From assembly GCA_965243025.1 (NCBI GenBank), contig CBDETY010000003.1:4768001-4832000 (forward strand): DNA of 64,000 nucleotides, in the 5' to 3' direction. The number at the start of each line of letters is the position of its first letter. Position 1 is the first letter of the stretch. Below the pieces are notes generated by a model that searched no databases, was not told the origin of the DNA, and saw nothing but the letters and a program-made list of their open reading frames with translations. Source of the DNA: Candidatus Latescibacterota bacterium. GTDB taxonomy: Bacteria; Latescibacterota; UBA2968; UBA8231. A program made the position numbers and the translations under genes. Positions 1 to 7,358 of the stretch are shown piece after piece.

Positions 1-301
1 TGTATTCCTCGTTGAAATACCGGACCCTCAACCTGGTGATGGTGACGTCGTACTCGGAGCTCAACTCGAGCGAACGCGCAAAGGCCGCCGCCATGGCCTC
101 GAAGTCGCCCTGGGCGGCGTGCACCCGGCCCAGCCAGAAGTGGGCTTCGGGGTTCCCGGGAGACTGCTGTATCCCCAGCTCCAGGTACTGGCGGGCCTTG
201 TCGTAATCCTTCTCTTCTTCGTAGTAGGCCTTGCCCGCTATGATGGCGCTCTGGCAGCCGCACAGGGCTGCCGCTACGCAGGCCGCCCCGAGAACCCGCA
301 T
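1..301 (-). CDS. TPR-repeat lipoprotein (5' part; runs off window edge)
   Basis: Not in ORF track; hand-translated from ATG at 301 (TGATG overlap with ltaE stop): MRVLGAACVAAALCGC|QSAIIAGKAYYEEEKDYDKARQYLELGIQQSPGNPEAHFWLGRVHAAQGD, i.e. a lipobox-like LCGC plus TPR-type helices. Confidence 0.75.
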   Translation of the reverse strand, partial: MRVLGAACVAAALCGCQSAIIAGKAYYEEEKDYDKARQYLELGIQQSPGNPEAHFWLGRVHAAQGDFEAMAAAFARSLELSSEYDVTITRLRVRYFNEEY

Positions 302-1347
302 CAGGGGGTGTAGCCCCCGACGATCCTGGCGACCGCGGCGGCGAACCGCTCGACGTCGTCCCTGGTGGTGTCGAAGGAAGCCATCCAGCGCACCACGCAG
401 GCGGGACCGCTGAGGTTGAAGGCAACGAAATTGAACTCCTTCTGGAGCTCGGCGACGCAGGGGGTGGGGATTTCGGCGAAGACGCCGTTGCTTTCGGTGG
501 GATACAGGATCTTCAGGTTCGGCACGCCGCTGACTTTTTCCGCCAGCAGCCGGGCCATGCGGTTGGCGTGCCCGGCGGTGCGGCGCCACAAGCCGCCGCG
601 CAGCACCGCTTCGAACTGGGCGCTGATGAACCGCATCTTCGAAGCCAGCTGCAGACCCTGTTTGCGCACGTAGCCGAAGTCCCGCGCCAGCCCGGGATCG
701 AAGAACAGCACCGCCTCCCCGATCATCATGCCGTTCTTGGTGCCCCCGAAGCTGACGATGTCGACCCCGGCGTCCCGGGTAACGGCGCGCAGCGACAGGC
801 CGAGGGCGGCGGCGGCGTTGGCGAGTCGCGCCCCGTCGAGATGCAGCAGCATCCCGTTTGCGTGGACGAAATCGGCCAGCGCCCGCGTCTCCGCAACAGT
901 ATAGACCGTGCCCCACTCCGTGGCCTGCGTGATCGAAAGGAGGCGCGGCTGGCTGCTGTGTCCGGGAATTTCCTCGCGGGTCAGCGGCTCCACGGCGTCG
1001 ACCGTCAGCTTGCCGTCGACGGTAGGGGCGGGGTAAACCCGGCAGCCGATGAAGCGCTCGACGGCGCCGCTTTCCGAGACGTGGATATGCGAGCAGTCGC
1101 CGCAAATCAGCGCCTGGTACGGCGTGCAGACCCCGGCGGCGCTGACGACGTTGGCGGCGGTTCCGTTGAATACCAGGAACACCTCCGTCTCCTCCCCGAA
1201 GTGGTCGCGAAAGGCCTGGACCGCCCTCTCCGTGTACGGATCCTCACCGTACCCCACCTCGTGGCCGGCGTTGGCGTCGATCATCGCCTGCAGCACCTCC
1301 GGGTGAATGCCGGCGTTGTTGTCGCTGACGAAGCTGCGTTTTTCCAA
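301..1347 (-). CDS. ltaE: Low-specificity L-threonine aldolase (PLP-dependent)
   Basis: FVSDN, YGEDPYT, HLDGARLANA, SFGGTKNG (PLP lysine), RKQGLQLASKMRF; TTG start chosen after GGAGG. Confidence 0.9.
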   Translation of the reverse strand: MEKRSFVSDNNAGIHPEVLQAMIDANAGHEVGYGEDPYTERAVQAFRDHFGEETEVFLVFNGTAANVVSAAGVCTPYQALICGDCSHIHVSESGAVERFIGCRVYPAPTVDGKLTVDAVEPLTREEIPGHSSQPRLLSITQATEWGTVYTVAETRALADFVHANGMLLHLDGARLANAAAALGLSLRAVTRDAGVDIVSFGGTKNGMMIGEAVLFFDPGLARDFGYVRKQGLQLASKMRFISAQFEAVLRGGLWRRTAGHANRMARLLAEKVSGVPNLKILYPTESNGVFAEIPTPCVAELQKEFNFVAFNLSGPACVVRWMASFDTTRDDVERFAAAVARIVGGYTP

Positions 1348-1620
1348 CAATTCCCCTCCGTGTCTGCTTTCGGGACATTCAACCCCCAATCGGGCCGCCC
1401 CTGAGAGGGGATCAAAGATAAACCTCGGAAGACAGCGGCAGAAACGAGGCTTTCAGCCGGCCTCCTCTCCGGCGTGGGCCGGGTCCGCAAACGCGCTTCG
1501 TCCGCGGCGAAGCCCGTTTTTTGAAGCCCACCCGGCGTTGGCGGCCGCGGACGCCGGGGCAGACCCCGGCCCGGATGACCCTGAATCCCGGTCGGGATCC
1601 CGGGAACCGGACTCGGCGAG

Positions 1621-1656
1621 GCAATTGTTGCAGCCGATTCCGTGCAATTGTTGCAG
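1621..1656 (+). promoter_or_regulatory. Twin upstream activator sites (putative bEBP enhancer)
   Basis: GCAATTGTTGCAG at 1621-1633 and 1644-1656 (23-bp period, near-palindromic), about 90-120 bp upstream of a sigma-54 box. Confidence 0.65.
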
Positions 1657-1741
1657 GAATTGTCCCCCCGCACCGGCGCCCTGGAAGCCTGAACAACCCA
1701 TCTGCTTTAATCCACAGGGAGTTACAACCGGCGCCGGCACC

Positions 1742-1757
1742 TGGCACATATCTTGCA
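1742..1757 (+). promoter_or_regulatory. Sigma-54 (-24/-12) promoter
   Basis: TGGCACATATCTTGCA: GG (1743-44)-N10-GC (1755-56), matching TGGCAC-N5-TTGCA; predicted start near 1768. Confidence 0.8.
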
Positions 1758-1853
1758 TGCTGTCTGGCGCAACTGTTCACCATGCAAACACTCGAGGAAA
1801 GCATGGCCCAGCTGTCGACAACCGAAGGAACGAGCTGAGAGAAACGCTGCCGA

Positions 1854-2006
1854 TCGCACTCAGCCCAATCTCCTTCGGAATACCTGAAGGTGTGTGCGAG
1901 TGCGACCCGGCGGAGCCGACGATCTGTAGATGATCGGACCGGCCCTCGCAAGGGGAACCCGATCCGACGGACGAGCCGCAGACACCGCGAGTGCCTGCGG
2001 TTTTTT
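1854..2006 (+). ncRNA. Structured leader RNA / putative sRNA or attenuator (possibly ldcC-motif-like)
   Basis: Stems TCGCACTC/GAGTGCGA (1854-61/1898-1905), CCTTCGG/CTGAAGG, TCTGT/ACGGA, GATCGG/CCGATC enclosing a GCAA tetraloop hairpin, ending in a terminator. Confidence 0.5.
1976..2006 (+). terminator. Intrinsic terminator
   Basis: CCGCAG-ACAC-CGCGA-GTGC-CTGCGG followed by TTTTTT. Confidence 0.75.
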
Positions 2007-2092
2007 CGTGCCTGTCCCGGAAGGCAAAGGAGGCGGGAGTGATACTGATATCCGAATCGAAAGCAACCTCAAAACCGAAAGGAGGCATGCCC

Positions 2093-2176
2093 ATGCGACG
2101 CGAGCTGTTGAACCAGGGCCTGATGTACGGACTTGTCAGCCTCTTCGTGTTCATCGTCGCCCCCCTCGTAACCTGA
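2093..2176 (+). CDS. 27-aa single-TM small protein (alternative in-frame GTG start at 2039)
   Basis: AAAGGAGG 7 nt before ATG; MRRELLNQGLMYGLVSLFVFIVAPLVT. Confidence 0.6.
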   Translation: MRRELLNQGLMYGLVSLFVFIVAPLVT

Positions 2177-2291
2177 GCGGCGCGACGACGGTCGAGGCAT
2201 CTGGTTCGTGAAGGGCGAATCGAAACATGCCGTGGAGACGAATGCGATTCGTCTCCGTCCACCCCGACCATGCGACGATGAAAGGATTGCG

Positions 2292-2408
2292 ATGATTTAC
2301 AGATGGCGAACCTGGAGGGACTCGACCGCTGCAGTTCAGCGCCTGTTCTGGTGGGTGCTTGCCCTTTCCCTGACGCTTGCCTTGCAGGGCGGCCCGAAGG
2401 CGGGCTAG
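2292..2408 (+). CDS. 38-aa small hydrophobic protein
   Basis: GAAAGGA before ATG; MIYRWRTWRDSTAAVQRLFWWVLALSLTLALQGGPKAG; followed by a terminator. Confidence 0.5.
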   Translation: MIYRWRTWRDSTAAVQRLFWWVLALSLTLALQGGPKAG

Positions 2409-2461
2409 CTTCTTCTCCGGACTGCCGCCCCGGGCTGCATCCGCGAAACCCTTCGAAACCG

Positions 2462-2500
2462 AAAGGGCCGGCTCCCGTTCACGGGGCCGGCCCTTTGTTC
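2462..2500 (+). terminator. Intrinsic terminator closing the small-peptide unit
   Basis: AAAGGGCCGGCTCCCGT-TC-ACGGGGCCGGCCCTTT then GTTCTT. Confidence 0.7.
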
Positions 2501-2708
2501 TTACCAAACCTCTTCGTGCCTGCGGCGCCGGTCGAATCCCCGCAGGGGTACGCGCCGCGCCCGAAAAAGGAACCGAAGCTGAAGAACCTCCTCCCCACGG
2601 CCGGCAATGCTGGCGATTGACCTTTCACCGGACCTGCGGGCACCTTTCACGGGGAGAACGAGAACCCCCCAGACCAGGGCCTGCGGCGAACCACCGGCAC
2701 CCGATCCC

Positions 2709-3788
2709 ATGTCACGATCCCAGCAAGTGAAGCCGGGTACAGCCACCGGCGAGCGGCTCGAGAAGCTGCTCGACATCCTGCCCTCTTTCGCGCTGCTTGC
2801 GGGTTTGCGGCTCGACCTGTTCGCCATGCTTGAAAGCGGTCCGGCCACCGCCTCCGAGCTGGCTGAACGGCTCGGCGCCGACCGCCGCCGCCTCGACCAG
2901 CTGCTGTACGCCCTGGCCGCGGTCGACCTCCTCACTGCCGAAAAACCGGCCGCGCCAGGAAAACCTGCACCCGGTGAGCTCCGCTTCCGCAACAGCCTGG
3001 AAGCCGGCCGTTACCTCGTTCCGGGGAAAGGGGAGTACCTCGCCGGCCACCAGGAGCTGCTCGCCATCCTCTGGAACGCCGCCCTGAAAACCGCGGATTC
3101 GATCCTGGAAGGCCGTCCGCTGGCAGAGAAGGACTTCGCCGCCATGCCCGGGGAGGAGCTGGCTGCCTTCCTCGGAGGACTGCATTCCATGGCCCTCCAG
3201 CGGGGACGGGAGCTGGCGGGCGGCGACTGGCTCGGCGGCTGCCGCCGCGTCGCCGATATCGGCAGCGGCTCCGGGGGGGTCCTCATCGCCCTTGCCGGGG
3301 AGCTTCCCGAGCTCCGCGCCGTGGCGGTGGAGCTGCCCCGCGTCGCCGAGATGACCAGGGAATTCGTCTCCAGATCCACGGTGGCGGAGCGGATCGAAGT
3401 CGCCGCAGCCGACCTCACCGCCGACGAGGTGGTGATGTCCGAAACCGACCGCTCCCGCCTGGCCCCCGGCTCCTTCGACGCGGTGCTGATGGTCTCCTTC
3501 CTGCAGGTGTTGAGCCCGGGGCAGGCGCGCCGGGTCGTCGGCCGCGCCGCCGGGCTGCTGCGTCCGGGAGGCGCCCTCCACGTCATCGGCGCCGGCATCC
3601 TCGACGACGGCCGCGCGACCCCCGCCAAAGGGGCGCTGTGCAACCTCGCCTTCCTCAACATCTACGGGGAAGGGCGCTCGTACACCGGGGGAGAGCATCG
3701 CGACTGGATGCGCCAGGCCGGTCTGGCCCCTCCGGAACTGCGGGAGCTGGAAGACGGCACCCGGGTCATCAGCGCTCGCAAGCCCTGA
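2709..3788 (+). CDS. SAM-dependent O-methyltransferase family 2 with dimerisation domain
   Basis: N-terminal LDLFAMLESGPATASELAERLG winged helix; VADIGSGSG SAM motif; start uncertain (2607 or 2709). Confidence 0.85.
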   Translation: MSRSQQVKPGTATGERLEKLLDILPSFALLAGLRLDLFAMLESGPATASELAERLGADRRRLDQLLYALAAVDLLTAEKPAAPGKPAPGELRFRNSLEAGRYLVPGKGEYLAGHQELLAILWNAALKTADSILEGRPLAEKDFAAMPGEELAAFLGGLHSMALQRGRELAGGDWLGGCRRVADIGSGSGGVLIALAGELPELRAVAVELPRVAEMTREFVSRSTVAERIEVAAADLTADEVVMSETDRSRLAPGSFDAVLMVSFLQVLSPGQARRVVGRAAGLLRPGGALHVIGAGILDDGRATPAKGALCNLAFLNIYGEGRSYTGGEHRDWMRQAGLAPPELRELEDGTRVISARKP

Positions 3789-3857
3789 TTCCCGGGACGA
3801 GCGCCCGCCGCCCTTTGCCATTTGTAGCCCCGTACGGCACTGGCTTATCTTGGCGGC

Positions 3858-5825
3858 GTGAAGGAAGCCCTCGCCCAGGTCAGCGAAAATCTCGAGGAGA
3901 TCCTCTCCAGGTACGACGAAGCCGCGCAGGAGCTTCTGCGCGTCGCCCGCGCCGACGGGCACTTCGCCGGCTGGAACCCCGACGATGTCGCCTGGCCCTG
4001 CAGTCCGGGGCCGGGCCAGGTGCCAGGACCCGATGCCCTCGCCAGGCGCGCCGCCCTGATTGCCGAGATCTACGACGGCACGCCGTCCCGCCGCGACAGC
4101 CGCCTCGGGGAGGCGTACGAACGCTACAGCGCGAGGCTGCCGGCCTACCACGAGAGCAACCGCCTCTTCGCCCGGATCCAGCGCCAGTTCCGCGAGCGGG
4201 GCGCCGGAGACGAGCGCGACTTCCTGCAGCTCTACCAGACCGTCTACCTCGAAGCCCTGCGCCGCGAAGACCCGGTTCCCCTCGACGAGGGGGAGGCGGC
4301 GCTCGTCGAGTTCCGCGTCGCCCGCGCGCCCCTGGCGCTGGCGACCTCGGTCGCCGAGAAAGTGCACCGGGACGCCGACCCGGACGACCCCCGCTGGACG
4401 CAGGAATACTCCTGCACCGACGCGGCCGGGAACCCGCGGACCGCGACGCTGCGCGACCATCTCACCGGCATCGCCGAGGCCGTGGTCGACATGCTCGCCG
4501 CCGGCGAGCACCTCGCGGTCCGCTTCAACACCTTCAGCAATTTCATCTGGTTCGGGATCTCGATATGGAAGGCGGTGACCGACCTCGACCTGCTGGTCTC
4601 GCGGCTGCGGGGCAAGGTCCGCCGCAGCTGGCTCGAGAAGCTCGAGTTGCACGTGCGCCTGGCGCAGGGGATGCTGCTGGAGTTCCTCCAGGCCCACCTC
4701 GAGGACCCGGCCCAGATCCGGCCCCGCGAATACTGGTACGGCCAGCAGTACAGCTATCTCACGCGGGACATGATCGACCTCGTGACCGCCCTGATCCCCA
4801 AGGCCAACGCCCTGCGCCGGCGCGCCCGCGGCGGAGATGAAATCCCGCCGGTGGAAGTGCCTCTGCTTTTCCTCGACGACAAGACCGGACGGTTCCTCGA
4901 GTACCCCGGCGTCGGAACGACGGGGACGATTTCCGTATGGAAACGGAGGGCGCGGCTGTTGGCCTGGCTGCGGCTCTTCCGCCAGGCACGCAAGGTAAAA
5001 TTGAGCCTCTGGCGCCCCGAGGTCCCCGAGCAGGTGCGCATCGAGAAGGCTTGGAAGTGCATGCTCGACATGGGCTCGAGGGTGCTCGACCTGTTCGGCA
5101 TCGAGCTCGAGGTGACGGTCGATCCGCTGTTCGAGGAGATGGCGCGTGAGCTCCGCCTGGGAGAGCCGGGGGCGCGCAAGGTCGCCTTCCTGCCGACCCA
5201 TCTCAGCCTCCTCGACCACCCGGTGATGTACGGCGTCCTGCAATCGCCGCAGCTGTGCCGGGCCATGGGATGGGAAGGACCGCGGCCGTGCACCATCCTG
5301 TCGCGGGAGCGGCTCCTCGACGCCACGGCTTTCAGGATCGGAGGCCGGGAGTTCTCGCTGATCGGCATCACCCCGGACCGCATCGACACCTTGAGCGAAG
5401 AAGTGGACGGCTACGTCATCCTGCGCCGCAGCAAGGACACCGGCAATCCGACGCAGCGGTTCGCCGAGTTCCTGGAGCAGCGGCCGGGGGTGGTTTACGG
5501 CGCCGGAACGGTGGCTGCGTACGCGCTGCAGATCCTGCCGATGCAGCACGCCCTGTTCGCCTACCTGCCACAGGACACGGTGATCGTGCCGCTCGCCTTT
5601 CGCGGCATTCACCAGGTCTGGCCCAAATGCCCTCGGGGCAACCTCGACATCAACCCGGGACGCGTAGAGGTCGTGGTGTCGCCGCCCATGCTCGGGGAAA
5701 CGACGCTGCTGCCGCGGAAGCGGGCGTTGCGGACGCAGCTGGAGCCGGCGACGCTGTTTCAGGCGGTGCACATAGCGACGCTGCTGAACCCGGAGCCGGC
5801 GGAGCCCTCCGCGAGCGCCACCTGA
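3858..5825 (+). CDS. Divergent PlsC-like acyltransferase fused to a ~400-aa unknown N-terminal domain
   Basis: FLPTHLSLLDH (HxxxxD), YGAGT at the FPEGT position, IVPLAFRG. Confidence 0.6.
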   Translation: MKEALAQVSENLEEILSRYDEAAQELLRVARADGHFAGWNPDDVAWPCSPGPGQVPGPDALARRAALIAEIYDGTPSRRDSRLGEAYERYSARLPAYHESNRLFARIQRQFRERGAGDERDFLQLYQTVYLEALRREDPVPLDEGEAALVEFRVARAPLALATSVAEKVHRDADPDDPRWTQEYSCTDAAGNPRTATLRDHLTGIAEAVVDMLAAGEHLAVRFNTFSNFIWFGISIWKAVTDLDLLVSRLRGKVRRSWLEKLELHVRLAQGMLLEFLQAHLEDPAQIRPREYWYGQQYSYLTRDMIDLVTALIPKANALRRRARGGDEIPPVEVPLLFLDDKTGRFLEYPGVGTTGTISVWKRRARLLAWLRLFRQARKVKLSLWRPEVPEQVRIEKAWKCMLDMGSRVLDLFGIELEVTVDPLFEEMARELRLGEPGARKVAFLPTHLSLLDHPVMYGVLQSPQLCRAMGWEGPRPCTILSRERLLDATAFRIGGREFSLIGITPDRIDTLSEEVDGYVILRRSKDTGNPTQRFAEFLEQRPGVVYGAGTVAAYALQILPMQHALFAYLPQDTVIVPLAFRGIHQVWPKCPRGNLDINPGRVEVVVSPPMLGETTLLPRKRALRTQLEPATLFQAVHIATLLNPEPAEPSASAT

Positions 5826-5928
5826 CTTCCCGCCCCGCCGCCGTTACATCCGCTTCCCCCAACTCTTCTCGAAAAATTCCCTGCCCCCGCCGACGGATCA
5901 GGAAGGGTCCGGCGCGAAGAACCGTCCG

Positions 5929-6687
5929 TCACCCGCGTCCGATGTACGGCATCTTCGTCGCCATCACCGTGATGAACTGCACGTTCGCCTCCAGCGGCAG
6001 GCTGGCCATGTAGACCACCGCCCGCGCCACGTCGTCGGCGTCCATGCGCGGCTCCACCATCGTCGATCCGTCGGGCTGCGGAACCCCGTCGTCCATCCGC
6101 CGGGTCATGTCGGTGGCGGCGTTGCCGATGTCGATCTGCCCGCAGGCGATGTCGTACTTCCTTCCGTCCAGCGAGGTTGCCCGGGTCAGTCCCTGAACGG
6201 CGTGCTTGGTCGCCGTGTACGGCGCCGAGTTGGGCCTGGGCACGTGCGCCGACACCGAGCCGTTGTTGATTATGCGGCCGCCGCGCGGGTCCTGGTCCTT
6301 CATGATCCGGAACGCCTCCTGCGTGCACAGGAACACCCCGGTCAGGTTGACGTTTACGACCGCCGTCCACTGCTCGAAGGTCAGGTCCTCCAGGGGCACC
6401 CCGGGCGCCCCCATGCCGGCGTTGTTGAAAAGCAGGTCCAGGCGCCCGAACTCCTCCCTGGTTCTGGCGAACAGCGCCCGCACCGCGTCCGGGTCCGCGA
6501 CATCCGACGGCACGGGCAGGGCGCGCTCCGCATCCGGCCCGGCGAGATCGACGGTCGTCCGCAGCGCCTCCTCGCGGCGGCCGGCCAGGGCGACCGAGTA
6601 TCCCTCCTTGAGCAGGGCCAGGGAGGAGCGCTGACCGATACCGCTTCCCGCCCCTGTAACGAGGGCGACCTTGTCGTTTGAGCTCAT
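5929..6687 (-). CDS. Short-chain dehydrogenase/reductase
   Basis: [17 protein letters not shown]. Confidence 0.92.
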   Translation of the reverse strand: MSSNDKVALVTGAGSGIGQRSSLALLKEGYSVALAGRREEALRTTVDLAGPDAERALPVPSDVADPDAVRALFARTREEFGRLDLLFNNAGMGAPGVPLEDLTFEQWTAVVNVNLTGVFLCTQEAFRIMKDQDPRGGRIINNGSVSAHVPRPNSAPYTATKHAVQGLTRATSLDGRKYDIACGQIDIGNAATDMTRRMDDGVPQPDGSTMVEPRMDADDVARAVVYMASLPLEANVQFITVMATKMPYIGRG

Positions 6688-6872
6688 TGTGAAATCTCCA
6701 TGTCGGTTTCAGTGAGGAAACTTGGGGCCGGTTCAGGCGGCTTAATCGAAAGCGCCTGAGCTCCGCGCCGGCCGACCTTCAGGTGCCGCCCGGCCCGGGT
6801 TGATGCTGCGTGCGGAAAGGCGAAAACTGCAGGACGGCAAAGCGGTCCTTCTCGAGCTTCGCCAACCTCCCT

Positions 6873-7358
6873 TCAGGACTCCTCGACCCTCGCGCCGCGC
6901 ACCTGCCAGGCCGTCAGGCCGACCCCCAGCAGCAGCAGCAGACCGCCAAGCGGAATCAGAAAACCGCCCAGTCCCGGGTCCGCCCCGTAGAAGAAAAGCC
7001 CGCCCAGGAAGAAACCCCCGGGAAGCAGGACGCTCGACCCGATCAGCGACCAGGAGGCGGTCCGCCTGGTCCGGCCGCTCCAGTCCGGGACCGCGCGGAG
7101 CGCCGACGCGAACGCGAGGTGGACGAGCCCCAGCAGGGTTCCGTGGGCGTGGCAGAGGGTCCACATTCTCCGGCGCGTCTCGTTGTCCGCATCGAGATAC
7201 CAGCCGACCTTGAAGCCGTGAAAGCCGTCGAGAACCAGCCCGAGCGAGAGAAACAGCAGCAGGGTCCCCCACCCGAAAACCAGGTGGCGGCGCCGCAAGC
7301 TCCCGCCTCGTGCTCCGCGGCCTGCTTCGTCCTCCATTCCGTTTTCCCCCTTGTTCAT
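6873..7358 (-). CDS. Four-TM membrane protein with HAHG motif
   Basis: Four hydrophobic segments, MWTLCHAHGTLLGLVHL; ATGA-coupled to the cytochrome gene. Confidence 0.7.
   Translation of the reverse strand: MNKGENGMEDEAGRGARGGSLRRRHLVFGWGTLLLFLSLGLVLDGFHGFKVGWYLDADNETRRRMWTLCHAHGTLLGLVHLAFASALRAVPDWSGRTRRTASWSLIGSSVLLPGGFFLGGLFFYGADPGLGGFLIPLGGLLLLLGVGLTAWQVRGARVEES

Noticed and set aside
1830-1890. Antizyme-like +1 frameshift at AGC-TGA
   Set aside because: The +1 frame stops after 16 codons; the longer ORF is in the -1 frame and no slippery heptamer is present
2039-2092. Double-glycine RiPP leader (KPKGG|MPM)
   Set aside because: The GG is simply the translation of the GGAGGC ribosome site; no peptidase transporter or modifying enzymes nearby
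2712-5771. 1019-aa minus-strand ORF and many similar R/G/P-rich ORFs
   Set aside because: Shadows of motif-bearing genes on the opposite strand or in another frame
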